From the NCBI GenBank assembly GCA_017546275.1, contig JAFYXE010000064.1, positions 1-39,006 on the forward strand: a stretch of DNA of 39,006 bases, written 5' to 3'. The DNA is from Bacteroidales bacterium (lineage in GTDB: Bacteria; Bacteroidota; Bacteroidia; Bacteroidales; UBA932). The notes below the pieces were generated by a model that was not told where the DNA came from, searched no databases, and worked only from the letters and a program-made list of their open reading frames with translations. How positions within the stretch are numbered: the first letter of the stretch is position 1; each line of letters starts with the position of its first letter. Below are positions 29,994 to 39,006 of the stretch, one piece after another. Both the position numbers and the translations under genes were made by a program.

Positions 29994-32390
29994 CTATTCG
30001 TAGACTCTTATGACATCGCCTGTGGCTGAGTAATGGGTACCACCCAAACGATTGCCCCAGGCGAATTTTCCTTCAAACCAGGTGCCGTCGTTGTAGTAGC
30101 ACTTTCCTTTACCGTGAGGGAAACCGTTCTTGATCTCACCCTCATATACCACTCTGTACTTGTCGATTGTCTTTCCTCTTCCCTGGATGAGGATTCCGTC
30201 TTCGAACACACCCTCGAGCCAGTAGCCGTCAGACATTGTTACCTTTCCTTCGATAAGGTTCTCTCCTCTGAACTTACCCTTGCAGGTAACCTTGAGAGAT
30301 GTCACCGATGTTCTCACCATCACCTTGACGCCGGCCGGCTTGATGAGTGTAGCCTTTCCATATCCTGCCGAGATATTGTCGAACTTGTATGAGAGCTCAT
30401 CGTTGCGTACGACGTTGCTCTTTCTAGGATCCTGGCGTACAGGCTCCTTGACCTTTACTGGCGCACCGTACTCGAATTCACCCTTGAATACAGAACCGTC
30501 TGCCTTGTGAAGCTCTCCTGTTCCGTGAGGTACTCCTTCAGAGCACTTGCCCTGATATACCGAGCCGTCTTCATTGACGCAACGCATACTTCCCTGCACG
30601 AGACCTGCCTCAGAGAATCTTCCCTCATACCAGGTACCGTCAGAATATGTGATCCTTCCCTCAATGAAACTACCGCTGTCGAAACGTCCTTCCATCACAA
30701 CTGACGGAGATGAGGTCGAAAAAGGCGCAAGCTTCACACCGCAGCGTGTCAAAGAGGCACCGGCACCTGTTGGTGCATCTACGAATGAGAACGTGATGCG
30801 GCCTTCGCCCTGATAGCTGTCGGCAAAGAAAGATCCAGTATAGAATGATGATTCCTGCATTCCGTTGTCGTGCTCGATTTCACGTCTCTTGGTTCCCTCG
30901 CCGTACTGCTTGCCATATGCGAAAAGACCTGATGTCTGGATAGACTCACCTTCAGCCACGATGCTTCTCTGTCCCTGTCCCTCAAGCACCCCGTCCAAGA
31001 AGAAGCCGATATGAGTCTCTGTTCTTGAGCCATCCTTAGCCTTCCATTCACGGATACCCTGGCCCATATTACCCGACATTCTGCCCTTGAATACAGATGT
31101 CTGGTTCTCATCCTTTGTCCAGGTCATCACTCCATTGACAAACTTTCCGTCAACGAACTCGCCCTCTACGGTTCTGCCTGGCTCATACACCTTGGACTGG
31201 CCATAAAGCTGGCCGTCGATGAACACTCCCTGATAACGTGACTTCGACTTCTCATCATATGCGCTTCCATAACCGAAACGAAGTCCTTCATCACTGTATG
31301 GAGAAGGCATAATACCATTCTTGTCCTTACCTACAGGCACTTCCTTCCTGTACTGGTCATCGATCCAATACTGTTTTACAGACGGCTTGCCAGGCTTGGT
31401 AACAGTGATAAGTCCGTGTCTCTTGCCGTTCTTGAAGTTTCCTTCATATGTAACGCCCTTCTTGTCGGTCAACTTACCGTTTCCGTAAGGTTTCTGGTCA
31501 CGTGTCTCACCCTGATATGTGTAGTCCCCTACCTTCATCTCCGCATACGGACGAAGCAGTTCAGGGAAATATTCAGGGAACTCCCTTGAGATAGAGACAT
31601 ACTCGACCACGCTGGCTCTGTGCTGAGAATTTATGATCTTGTTCTTCTCAAGCTTCTCCATAAACTCATTGATGAAGTCATCCGAGGCAAGGTCCGCAGC
31701 TGCCTTCACTTCAGTCATATATACGGCATACTTCTGTCCGAGTGCAGAAAGAGCGAAGTCCTCTACCTCCTTGACAGCATCCTTGCTGAGGTAATCCACA
31801 GCAGTTATCTTGTAGATGTTGTAAAGGTTGGCCATCACCTTCTTTGCTGCAGTCCTCATCAGCTGAATGTGGCTCGCAGGTACACCTGCCGACTTGGCAC
31901 TGGTGATTGCAGTACTTTCCTCTCCGTACATATCGTCGATCACAGACTGCAACGAAGAGAACGTACTCTTGAAGGTTGGCTCAAGTCCGGCACCGTAAGT
32001 CTTGTCTGACAGACCGTATACGAAAGGAACACCGCCTCCAAGTTCATACTCCAATGCCTTTGTGATATTCTCGAGATATGATGTAAAGAACGCGTCGGAT
32101 GAAAGATATCTGTATCCGTCTGTATGGTAATACTTCAGGATTTCTCTGAGTTCCTGATCTGTGAAAGATGCGAGGGGCTCACGTGAAATCTTCTTCAGGA
32201 ATTCCGCGTACGTCCAATGGATCATAAGCTTTTCATCAGGCTTCATCTGGTTTGCACTCAAGGCAAGGTTTACCATCGAGCGTGATATGCCGCCGATTAC
32301 AACCGAATCTTCCAATGACTCCCTGGTCTGTGCATTGGAAGAGATTGCGCCTACTATGCAGGCGCAAAGAAGGAAAAAGAATCTTTTCAT
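29994..32390 (-). CDS. Large exported MORN-repeat protein
   Basis: Signal peptide; many YEGxFxxGxxHGxG repeats in the C-terminal two thirds; helical N-terminal region. Confidence 0.8.
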   Translation of the reverse strand: MKRFFFLLCACIVGAISSNAQTRESLEDSVVIGGISRSMVNLALSANQMKPDEKLMIHWTYAEFLKKISREPLASFTDQELREILKYYHTDGYRYLSSDAFFTSYLENITKALEYELGGGVPFVYGLSDKTYGAGLEPTFKSTFSSLQSVIDDMYGEESTAITSAKSAGVPASHIQLMRTAAKKVMANLYNIYKITAVDYLSKDAVKEVEDFALSALGQKYAVYMTEVKAAADLASDDFINEFMEKLEKNKIINSQHRASVVEYVSISREFPEYFPELLRPYAEMKVGDYTYQGETRDQKPYGNGKLTDKKGVTYEGNFKNGKRHGLITVTKPGKPSVKQYWIDDQYRKEVPVGKDKNGIMPSPYSDEGLRFGYGSAYDEKSKSRYQGVFIDGQLYGQSKVYEPGRTVEGEFVDGKFVNGVMTWTKDENQTSVFKGRMSGNMGQGIREWKAKDGSRTETHIGFFLDGVLEGQGQRSIVAEGESIQTSGLFAYGKQYGEGTKRREIEHDNGMQESSFYTGSFFADSYQGEGRITFSFVDAPTGAGASLTRCGVKLAPFSTSSPSVVMEGRFDSGSFIEGRITYSDGTWYEGRFSEAGLVQGSMRCVNEDGSVYQGKCSEGVPHGTGELHKADGSVFKGEFEYGAPVKVKEPVRQDPRKSNVVRNDELSYKFDNISAGYGKATLIKPAGVKVMVRTSVTSLKVTCKGKFRGENLIEGKVTMSDGYWLEGVFEDGILIQGRGKTIDKYRVVYEGEIKNGFPHGKGKCYYNDGTWFEGKFAWGNRLGGTHYSATGDVIRVYE

Positions 32391-32392
32391 AT

Positions 32393-32824
32393 CTACTTTC
32401 TGTTTTTTCTTGATTTACGGATACCCTTCACAGCCTGAATGGTCATCTCGTCTACCATAGATTTGTGTGCTGCTGTAAAGTTGAGGAAGGCTGCCGCCAT
32501 CGGGAAGAGTAGCGAAACCGAGAAGGCCATATCTCCGTGGAAGCGGAAGAAGTCGATGCCGAGCCAGATCTGGAAGCCCAGAGAAAGGAGGCCGGCGATG
32601 ACGCATACCCTTGCCTGAAGGAAGAACATCTTATATGTAGCCACCGATGCCAGATTTGCACTGAGGAGCATAATCATAAGCACCAGATAAGGCATCTTTT
32701 CGTAATATCTTATGATGACCTCAGATCCTTCAGGGCCTGCAATTGTTGCAAACCTGCAGAAGAACATTGAGGCGATGAGCGCTGTCGATATACCTAAATA
32801 TAAGGTCTGTATTCTTTGCCACAT
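32393..32824 (-). CDS. DUF4293 family membrane protein
   Basis: MWQRIQTLYL start, four TM helices, C-terminal DE motif. Start set to 32824 because TACTTTTG lies at 32851-32858. Confidence 0.75.
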   Translation of the reverse strand: MWQRIQTLYLGISTALIASMFFCRFATIAGPEGSEVIIRYYEKMPYLVLMIMLLSANLASVATYKMFFLQARVCVIAGLLSLGFQIWLGIDFFRFHGDMAFSVSLLFPMAAAFLNFTAAHKSMVDEMTIQAVKGIRKSRKNRK

Positions 32825-32928
32825 AATTTCCGATATTTTAACAATGGGGACAAAAGTAGGAATTTTCATAGGAAAAAACTATATTTGAACGATTATTGAC
32901 TATCTGACGAAATTTAAAGTACAACATT

Positions 32929-33798
32929 ATGAGAATAGCAGAATCAGAACTTATCATCAACGGAGACGGCTCGGTATTCCACCTTCATCTCCGCCCTGAG
33001 GAACTTGCTGACAACGTGATCCTCGTAGGTGACCCTGGCCGCGTGGATATGATTGCAGAATATTTCGAAGAGAAGGAGTTCAGACACGAGTCACGTGAAT
33101 TCGTATCTGTAACCGGAAAATACAAGGGCGTCAGAATGACAGCCCTCTCGACAGGTATCGGTACCGACAACATCGACATCGTGATGAACGAGCTCGACGC
33201 TCTCGCAAACATCGACTTCACGACAAGAGAGGTGAAGCCTGAGCACAAGTGCCTCAACATCCTCCGCATCGGTACATCAGGAGCCATCCAGCCTGAGATT
33301 CCTCTCGGAGGCTTCGTATTCTCACACATTTCGGTGGGTTGCGACGGTCTCCTCAACTGGTACGCTGACAGAGACAAGATCGCTTTGGCTGACATCGAGG
33401 AGGCATTCAAGAAGCACACAAACTGGAACAAGCATCTTCCTGACCCATATTTCGTAAGAGCAGGAGAAAAGATGATCGAGAAGTTCAAAGATTGCACATA
33501 CAAGGGTATGACCATCGCAGCATCAGGTTTCTACGGTCCTCAGGGACGTGTTCTCCGTATGCCGCTCGCAATGCCTGATATGCTCGACACATTCGAGAGC
33601 TTCAGATTCGGAGACGAGAAGGTGACAAACTTCGAGATGGAAGGATCCGCACTTGCAGGTATCGCAGCACACCTCGGACACAACGGCGGTACAGTATGCT
33701 GCATCATCGCTCACCGTCACCACAAGGCAAGCAACCCTGACTACAAGCCACAGGTAAGAAAGCTTATCGAGCTCTGTCTGGACAAACTCGCCGAGTAG
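32929..33798 (+). CDS. Nucleoside (uridine) phosphorylase, PNP/UDP family
   Basis: VGDPGRV, STGIG, RIGTSG, GFYGPQGR, NFEMEGS; TATATTTG promoter at 32880-32887. Confidence 0.9.
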   Translation: MRIAESELIINGDGSVFHLHLRPEELADNVILVGDPGRVDMIAEYFEEKEFRHESREFVSVTGKYKGVRMTALSTGIGTDNIDIVMNELDALANIDFTTREVKPEHKCLNILRIGTSGAIQPEIPLGGFVFSHISVGCDGLLNWYADRDKIALADIEEAFKKHTNWNKHLPDPYFVRAGEKMIEKFKDCTYKGMTIAASGFYGPQGRVLRMPLAMPDMLDTFESFRFGDEKVTNFEMEGSALAGIAAHLGHNGGTVCCIIAHRHHKASNPDYKPQVRKLIELCLDKLAE

Positions 33799-33819
33799 GG
33801 CATTAAAACCTTAAAACGT

Positions 33820-34713
33820 ATGCTACTAAACCAGACATTGCCGGGTTATCTGCTCGGCAAGTACCAGCTTATAGGTACAGTGACTTTCACCGTGCTGTTT
33901 GCGCTGGTATCGCTGAACATATATATCCCCTTTTCTGATACAGCCTGGTTCGGACTCGGTAATTCCGTGATGTTCCTGCTGACCTTGGCATATGTGGCCA
34001 TAGCGATCCTCATCCTGATCATCAGCCGAAGGCTTATGTACATCAGCAAGAAGTTCTTCGATATGACCTATCTGATGTACATCATCTGGTGTCTTGCTGA
34101 AATCGTCACAATCTGCGGAATCTATACAGGTCTCACTACAGACTTTGCTTCTCCTCAGGACGAAAGCGTAGTAAAGACGTTTACCAGGTCGCTCATCTAC
34201 GGAGCCATCAGTCTCGGCATACCATACATTCTTTCAGGAATGTACTTCGCTATCATCGACAAGAACAACACCATCCGACTGATGAACTTCGACAATGTGG
34301 TCACAGACGAAGCTCCGAAATCGGAGTCGTCGAAGCAGAAGATCACACTCTACGACAACAGCGGTACATTGAAACTGTCGCTCAGTCCGGAGAACCTTTA
34401 TTACATAGAGTCTGACGACAACTATATAAAAGTATGGTACACCGACAGCAAGGGAGAGCTCAAGCAGTATATGCTGAGGTGCCGCCTGAAGACAATCGAA
34501 GAAGGATTCAAGAAGAACGGCCTTATACGATGCAACAGAAAGTACATCGTAAATATCAAAAAGGTTGCGATGCTCAGAAAGGAGAGCGACGGATATTTCC
34601 TCGATCTTGAAAACGATGCGATTCCGTCACTTCCGATCACCAAGACATACACAGACTCCATCCTGGCATATTTCTCTGAAGAGAGACCGCTTATGGAGCC
34701 GATTGAAGAATAA
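33820..34713 (+). CDS. Membrane-anchored LytTR-domain regulator
   Basis: Four TM helices, then YIESDDNY...LRCRLKTIE...IRCNRKYIVN. Confidence 0.85.
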   Translation: MLLNQTLPGYLLGKYQLIGTVTFTVLFALVSLNIYIPFSDTAWFGLGNSVMFLLTLAYVAIAILILIISRRLMYISKKFFDMTYLMYIIWCLAEIVTICGIYTGLTTDFASPQDESVVKTFTRSLIYGAISLGIPYILSGMYFAIIDKNNTIRLMNFDNVVTDEAPKSESSKQKITLYDNSGTLKLSLSPENLYYIESDDNYIKVWYTDSKGELKQYMLRCRLKTIEEGFKKNGLIRCNRKYIVNIKKVAMLRKESDGYFLDLENDAIPSLPITKTYTDSILAYFSEERPLMEPIEE

Positions 34714-34748
34714 GAAAAGCGCGATGATTTCTCATCGCGCTTTCTTTT
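34712..34748. terminator. Bidirectional terminator between LytTR and prfA
   Basis: AAAGCGCGATGA-TTTC-TCATCGCGCTTT. Confidence 0.85.
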
Positions 34749-35829
34749 ATTCTGCCGCCTTGAGGCGTTCTGCGTTCTCGGCAATCTGAAGCTGGTCAAT
34801 CACATCCTGGATCGCGCCATCCATAAATACCGGAAGGTTGTACATTGTGTAGTTGATACGGTGGTCGGTCACACGTGACTGAGGGTAGTTGTAAGTACGG
34901 ATCTTTGCCGAACGGTCACCACCTGCGACCATAGTCTTTCTCTTTGCAGAGATCTCTGCGAGGTACTTCTCATACTCCATATTGTAGAGACGTGTACGAA
35001 GTTCCTGGAGAGCCTTGTCGAAGTTCTTGAGCTGTGACTTCTCATCCTGGCACTGCACCACGAGTCCTGTTGGGATGTGAGTGAGTCGGATAGCCGAATA
35101 TGTAGTGTTCACAGACTGTCCGCCAGGACCTGATGAACAGAATGTATCCTTGCGGATATCGTTCATATTGAGCTCTACGTCGAACTCGTCAGCCTCAGGA
35201 AGGACTGCAACCGAAGCTGCTGAAGTGTGCACACGGCCCTGAGTCTCTGTCTGAGGGACACGCTGTACACGGTGTACGCCTGACTCATACTTGAGGACGC
35301 CGTATACTCCGTCACCTGACACCTTGCAGACAATTTCCTTGAATCCACCTGCAGCACCCTCTGCCTGAGTAGTGATCTCCATTCTCCAGCCCCTTGTCTC
35401 GATGAACTTAGAGTACATACGGAAGAGGTCACCGGCAAAGATAGCCGCCTCGTCTCCACCTGAACCGCCACGGATCTCGAGGATAGCGTTCTTGCTGTCC
35501 TGAGGGTCAGCAGGGATAAGAAGAAGCTTGATCTTCTCCTCCCACTCAGGAAGAGTAGGCTCGATCTCTGCGATCTCCTCCTTAGCCATCTCACGGAGGT
35601 CCTCATCCTTCTCTGTAGCGAGAATCTCCTTGGCCATCTCGTAGTTCTCGAGGATTCTCTTGAACTCGTTTCCAGCCTCGATGATAGGGGTAAGTTCCTT
35701 ATATTCCTTGTTGAGCTGAACGAACTTCTTCATATCAGCGATCACCTCAGGGTCAGACAACTGAGCCTGAAGTGCCTCATATTTCTCCTGAAGGCCCAAA
35801 ACCTTCTCCAAAAGTGAATTATCTGCCAT
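34747..35829 (-). CDS. prfA: Peptide chain release factor 1
   Basis: GVHRVQRVPQTE (PxT), GPGGQSVN, KIRTYNYPQ; TATCTTTG promoter at 35851-35858. Confidence 0.97.
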   Translation of the reverse strand: MADNSLLEKVLGLQEKYEALQAQLSDPEVIADMKKFVQLNKEYKELTPIIEAGNEFKRILENYEMAKEILATEKDEDLREMAKEEIAEIEPTLPEWEEKIKLLLIPADPQDSKNAILEIRGGSGGDEAAIFAGDLFRMYSKFIETRGWRMEITTQAEGAAGGFKEIVCKVSGDGVYGVLKYESGVHRVQRVPQTETQGRVHTSAASVAVLPEADEFDVELNMNDIRKDTFCSSGPGGQSVNTTYSAIRLTHIPTGLVVQCQDEKSQLKNFDKALQELRTRLYNMEYEKYLAEISAKRKTMVAGGDRSAKIRTYNYPQSRVTDHRINYTMYNLPVFMDGAIQDVIDQLQIAENAERLKAAE

Positions 35830-35867
35830 ATAATGGTTTGTTTAAGCGTGCAAAGATAATAAAAAAA

Positions 35868-36617
35868 TTAGATTTCACGTTCTGGCTCGGAAGTACCGGC
35901 TGATGAAATCAGATACTGGACAGCAGCCTGTGCACAAACACATCCGAAAACTGCAGGAATGTATGAAATCGTTCCGACCTGGGACTTCTTGTTTCTGTCC
36001 TCGCAAGGCACGATGGATTCCTTGTCCGGGAGTTCCTCAGAGAAGACAACCTGGAAGCCCTTCTTGATGCCCATATAGCGGAGACGCTTGCGTACAATGT
36101 ATGCCAAAGGACAGTTGAATGATTTCGACACATCTGTTATGCGGACCTTCGTAGCGTCATATTTTGCACCTGCTCCCATTGATGATACGAGCGGAATGCC
36201 TCCGTCCACACAATATTTGATGAGATGGAGCTTCGGCGCCAGAGTGTCAATGGCATCCACCAGAAAGTCGATTTTGTAACCGCCCAGCACATCAGCCACT
36301 TTGTCTGCTTCGAGGTATTCCTGTATTATGGTAAGGTCCAGTTCAGGATTGATATCTTTAAGTCTTGCTGCAAGGACCTCACATTTAGCTTTGCCTACAG
36401 TCGAATCAAGAGCCAGAAGCTGGCGGTTCTTGTTAGTGACGGACACGTCGTCGCTGTCCAATATGATGAGATGACCTACACCTGCACGTACGATCATTTC
36501 GGCAGCATATCCTCCTACGCCACCGACTCCTATCACGGCTACAGTAGAGTTGCGGAAATGGTCAAGCATCTCCTCCCCTACCAGCATCGCCGTTCTTTCC
36601 TGCCAATCGTATATCAT
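35868..36617 (-). CDS. tcdA: tRNA threonylcarbamoyladenosine dehydratase (ThiF family)
   Basis: GVGGVGG, TNKNRQ, DAID, SSMGAG, CPLA, VFSEE. Confidence 0.88.
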   Translation of the reverse strand: MIYDWQERTAMLVGEEMLDHFRNSTVAVIGVGGVGGYAAEMIVRAGVGHLIILDSDDVSVTNKNRQLLALDSTVGKAKCEVLAARLKDINPELDLTIIQEYLEADKVADVLGGYKIDFLVDAIDTLAPKLHLIKYCVDGGIPLVSSMGAGAKYDATKVRITDVSKSFNCPLAYIVRKRLRYMGIKKGFQVVFSEELPDKESIVPCEDRNKKSQVGTISYIPAVFGCVCAQAAVQYLISSAGTSEPEREI

Positions 36618-36623
36618 AACGGG

Positions 36624-37448
36624 CTACAGACCTTTAGCTTTTCCTTCGTCCCAGATTGCATCCATTTCGGCGAGGGTCATATCTGTAAGATTGCGTCCCT
36701 GACGGATAGTCTGCTCCTCGAGATAAGTGAAACGACGCTTGAACTTTGCACAGGTACGTTCCAACGCGGTATCCGGATTAAGACCGTAAAGTCTTGCTGC
36801 ATTTACAGTTGCAAAAAGGAAATCTCCAAGCTCGTCCTCAGCGCGGTCATATGCGGCAGCCTTTTCCTCGTCGGTCTGAGCTGCAGCCATAGCATCAAGC
36901 TCAGCCTGATACTCGCCCATCTCTTCCTTCACCTTATCCCATACCTGCTCCTTGCACTCCCAGTCGAAACCGACTCCTCGCGCCTTGTCCTGCATACGGT
37001 AAGCCTTGAGAAGCGGCGGAAGTCCGTCAGGAACTCCGGAAAGCACTCTCTTGTTACCGTCCTTCTCCTTGGTCTTCAGCATCTCCCACTGCTTGATGAC
37101 ATCCTCGGCGCTTCCCACCTCAGCAGATGAGAACACGTGCGGATGACGATATATAAGCTTATCACAGAGGAAGTTGATCACATCGACGATATCGAAGTTC
37201 TGCTTCTCCTCACCGATCTTGGCATAGAACAGAACGTGCAGAAGCACGTCGCCGAGTTCCTTTGACAATTCGCGCTCCTCTCCCTTGAGAACAGCGTCGC
37301 TCAATTCGTATACTTCTTCAAGTGTCTGCGGACGGAGAGACTCGTTTGTCTGCTTTCTGTCCCAAGGACACTTTTCCCTCAATTCATCAAGAACATCCAG
37401 TATGCGGCCGAATGCCTGAAGCTTTTCTTCTCTTGTATGCATATTCAT
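36624..37448 (-). CDS. mazG: Nucleoside triphosphate pyrophosphohydrolase
   Basis: CPWDRKQT, EEVYE, ELGDVLL, RHPHVF, GFDW, ELGDFLF; start may be 37442. Confidence 0.95.
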   Translation of the reverse strand: MNMHTREEKLQAFGRILDVLDELREKCPWDRKQTNESLRPQTLEEVYELSDAVLKGEERELSKELGDVLLHVLFYAKIGEEKQNFDIVDVINFLCDKLIYRHPHVFSSAEVGSAEDVIKQWEMLKTKEKDGNKRVLSGVPDGLPPLLKAYRMQDKARGVGFDWECKEQVWDKVKEEMGEYQAELDAMAAAQTDEEKAAAYDRAEDELGDFLFATVNAARLYGLNPDTALERTCAKFKRRFTYLEEQTIRQGRNLTDMTLAEMDAIWDEGKAKGL

Positions 37449-37461
37449 TTATAGTGAATTG

Positions 37462-37497
37462 CAAAGTTAGCAATTCTGCAAAAAATAACTATCTTTG
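37462..37497. promoter_or_regulatory. Divergent promoter pair (mazG-tcdA / CoA-transferase)
   Basis: TAACTTTG on minus at 37462-37469; TATCTTTG on plus at 37490-37497. Confidence 0.7.
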
Positions 37498-37516
37498 GCG
37501 AGCTAATCCCACAATT

Positions 37517-38824
37517 ATGCGTAAAGAGATCAGATTCGTTTCGGCTGAAGAAGCCGTAAAGGTTGTCAAGTCAGGCGACCACATACACCTCAGCAGTGTC
37601 GCAAGTGCGCCACGTCTCCTCATCGATGCACTCTGTGCACGTGGAGAAAGAGGAGAACTCAAGGATGTGCGCATCCACCATCTTCACACAGAAGGAGCCG
37701 CACCTTATACAGACCCTAAGTTTGACGGAGTATTCTTCCACCAGGCATTCTTTGTCGGAGCAAACGTCCGCAAGAGCGTCCAGGCAGGATATTCAGACTA
37801 TATTCCTGTATTCCTCAGCGAGACCCAGAAACTTTACCGTTGCGGTGCCCTCCCTTGCGATGTGGCAATGATCCAGGTATGTCCACCTGACAAGCACGGC
37901 TATGTTTCACTCGGAACATCTGTGGATGCCACCCTCGCAGCAATCGAGTGCGCAAAGACAGTTATCGCCGTAGTCAACCCTAACGTGCCACGCGCTTGGG
38001 GACAGGCTATGATCCCTATGGATATGATCGACATCTTCGTAGAGGGCAACGAGCCTCTCGAGCCAGCTCACTTCAGCGAGCCTAACGAAGTGGAGATTGC
38101 TATCGGAAAACACTGCGCCGGACTTATCGACGACGGAGCCTGCCTCCAGATGGGTATCGGAGCTATTCCTAACGCAGTTCTCGCACAGCTCGGCAACCAT
38201 AAGAACCTCGGAGTGCACACAGAGATGTTTGCAGACGGAGTTCTCGAACTTGTGGAGAAGGGAGTGATCAACGGTTCAAACAAGGTAACAGACAAGGGCA
38301 AGCTCGTATCTACATTCCTTATGGGCTCGCAGAAGGTATATGACTTCATCGATGACAACCCTATGGTTGCAATGATGGATGTAGGATACACCAACGACCC
38401 GTTCGTGATCGCAAAGAACCCTAAGATGACAGCCATCAACTCTGCAGTACAGATCGACCTTACAGGACAGGTCTGCGCAGACTCTATCGGAACACGTTTC
38501 CACTCTGGAGTAGGCGGACAGGTGGACTTCATCTACGGAGCGTCCCTCGCACCTCAGGGCAAGGCTATCATCGCTATGCCTTCGACAACAAACAAGGGCG
38601 GCAGCAAGATCGCACCTACCATCATCGAGGGAGGTGGAGTCGTAACTACAAGACCTCACGTACACTATGTGGTGACTGAGTTCGGAGCGGTAGACCTTTA
38701 CGGAAAGTCAATGCAGGAGCGCGCCAAACTGCTCATCAGCATCGCTCACCCTGACCATCAGGAAGCACTCGACCGCGCGGCGTTCGAAAGATTCGGTCCA
38801 CACTACACAACAGTGAAGATATAA
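37517..38824 (+). CDS. Acetyl-CoA hydrolase/transferase family (4-hydroxybutyrate or butyryl-CoA:acetate CoA-transferase-like)
   Basis: SAEEAVKVVKSG, LQMGIGAIP, GVHTEM (catalytic Glu), SGVGGQVDF, IAHPDH; start at ATG 37517. Confidence 0.9.
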   Translation: MRKEIRFVSAEEAVKVVKSGDHIHLSSVASAPRLLIDALCARGERGELKDVRIHHLHTEGAAPYTDPKFDGVFFHQAFFVGANVRKSVQAGYSDYIPVFLSETQKLYRCGALPCDVAMIQVCPPDKHGYVSLGTSVDATLAAIECAKTVIAVVNPNVPRAWGQAMIPMDMIDIFVEGNEPLEPAHFSEPNEVEIAIGKHCAGLIDDGACLQMGIGAIPNAVLAQLGNHKNLGVHTEMFADGVLELVEKGVINGSNKVTDKGKLVSTFLMGSQKVYDFIDDNPMVAMMDVGYTNDPFVIAKNPKMTAINSAVQIDLTGQVCADSIGTRFHSGVGGQVDFIYGASLAPQGKAIIAMPSTTNKGGSKIAPTIIEGGGVVTTRPHVHYVVTEFGAVDLYGKSMQERAKLLISIAHPDHQEALDRAAFERFGPHYTTVKI

Positions 38825-38827
38825 GAA

Positions 38828-38865
38828 AGAGGCTGACCCAAAAGGTTAGCTTCTGTTTTTTTTTT
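38828..38865 (+). terminator. Terminator after the CoA-transferase
   Basis: AGAGGCTGACC-CAAAA-GGTTAGCTTCT (two G:U pairs) followed by GT10. Confidence 0.8.
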
Positions 38866-38880
38866 GGGGGGGTGAAGAGA

Positions 38881-38988
38881 AGTCCAGGAGGATAACAACG
38901 GAAAACTAAATCCCTCCCACTTCGTGGGCCCCTCCCGTTCACAAGGCCACGGGCGGCCATGGTTTTCCTTATCTTACCCTCCTGAACT
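38881..38988. repeat. Structured non-coding element with nested inverted repeats (REP/MITE-like or ncRNA)
   Basis: AGTCCAGGAGG/CCTCCTGAACT, GATAA/TTATC and GGAAAAC/GTTTTCC enclose hairpins CCCAC-TTC-GTGGG and CCCGT...ACGGG. Confidence 0.5.
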
Positions 38989-39006
38989 ACCACGGCGTAC
39001 CTTAAA

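Noticed and set aside
34747-35829. Stop-codon reassignment or altered RF1
   Set aside because: GGQ and PxT are intact, and genes end normally in TAA, TAG and TGA at expected lengths.
37322-37516. 65-aa N-terminal extension of the CoA-transferase in the ORF track
   Set aside because: It overlaps mazG and both promoters; family similarity begins at ATG 37517.
38826-38844. GAGGCTGACCCAAAAG as an IS terminal repeat
   Set aside because: No partner repeat or transposase in the window; fully explained as the terminator's left arm and loop.
38736-38993. 85-aa minus-strand ORF at the right end
   Set aside because: Crosses homopolymer runs, a terminator and the CoA-transferase 3' end; not protein-like.

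Overview
A gene-dense, about 50% GC housekeeping region from a Bacteroidales chromosome. The assignment rests on TAnnTTTG promoters, AT-rich Shine-Dalgarno-less starts, and the gyrA/TPR/clpC arrangement. It carries two tRNAs (Leu-TAG, fMet-CAT), pepC, hisS, polA, an ECF sigma, rsmG, rpmH, ettA, a membrane AraC regulator, two YitT paralogs, leuS, an M28-TonB fusion, a SPOR lipoprotein, CapA, PhoH, a TPR protein, gyrA, clpC, a HAD phosphatase, an AI-2E transporter, an esterase, a MORN protein, DUF4293, a nucleoside phosphorylase, LytTR, prfA, tcdA, mazG and a CoA-transferase. I found no transposase, integrase, CRISPR or R-M gene. The strongest unexplained signal is compositional: by manual reading, the palindrome CATG occurs once in 39 kb (about 150 expected), and that copy sits in a structured non-coding element at the right end. 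Secondary oddities are a ClpC lacking its middle domain, an unannotated 40-aa ORF with its own promoter converging on clpC, an apparently inactive M28 peptidase fused to a TonB C-terminal domain, and an initiator tRNA with a non-canonical elbow. All calls are by eye and no searches were run.
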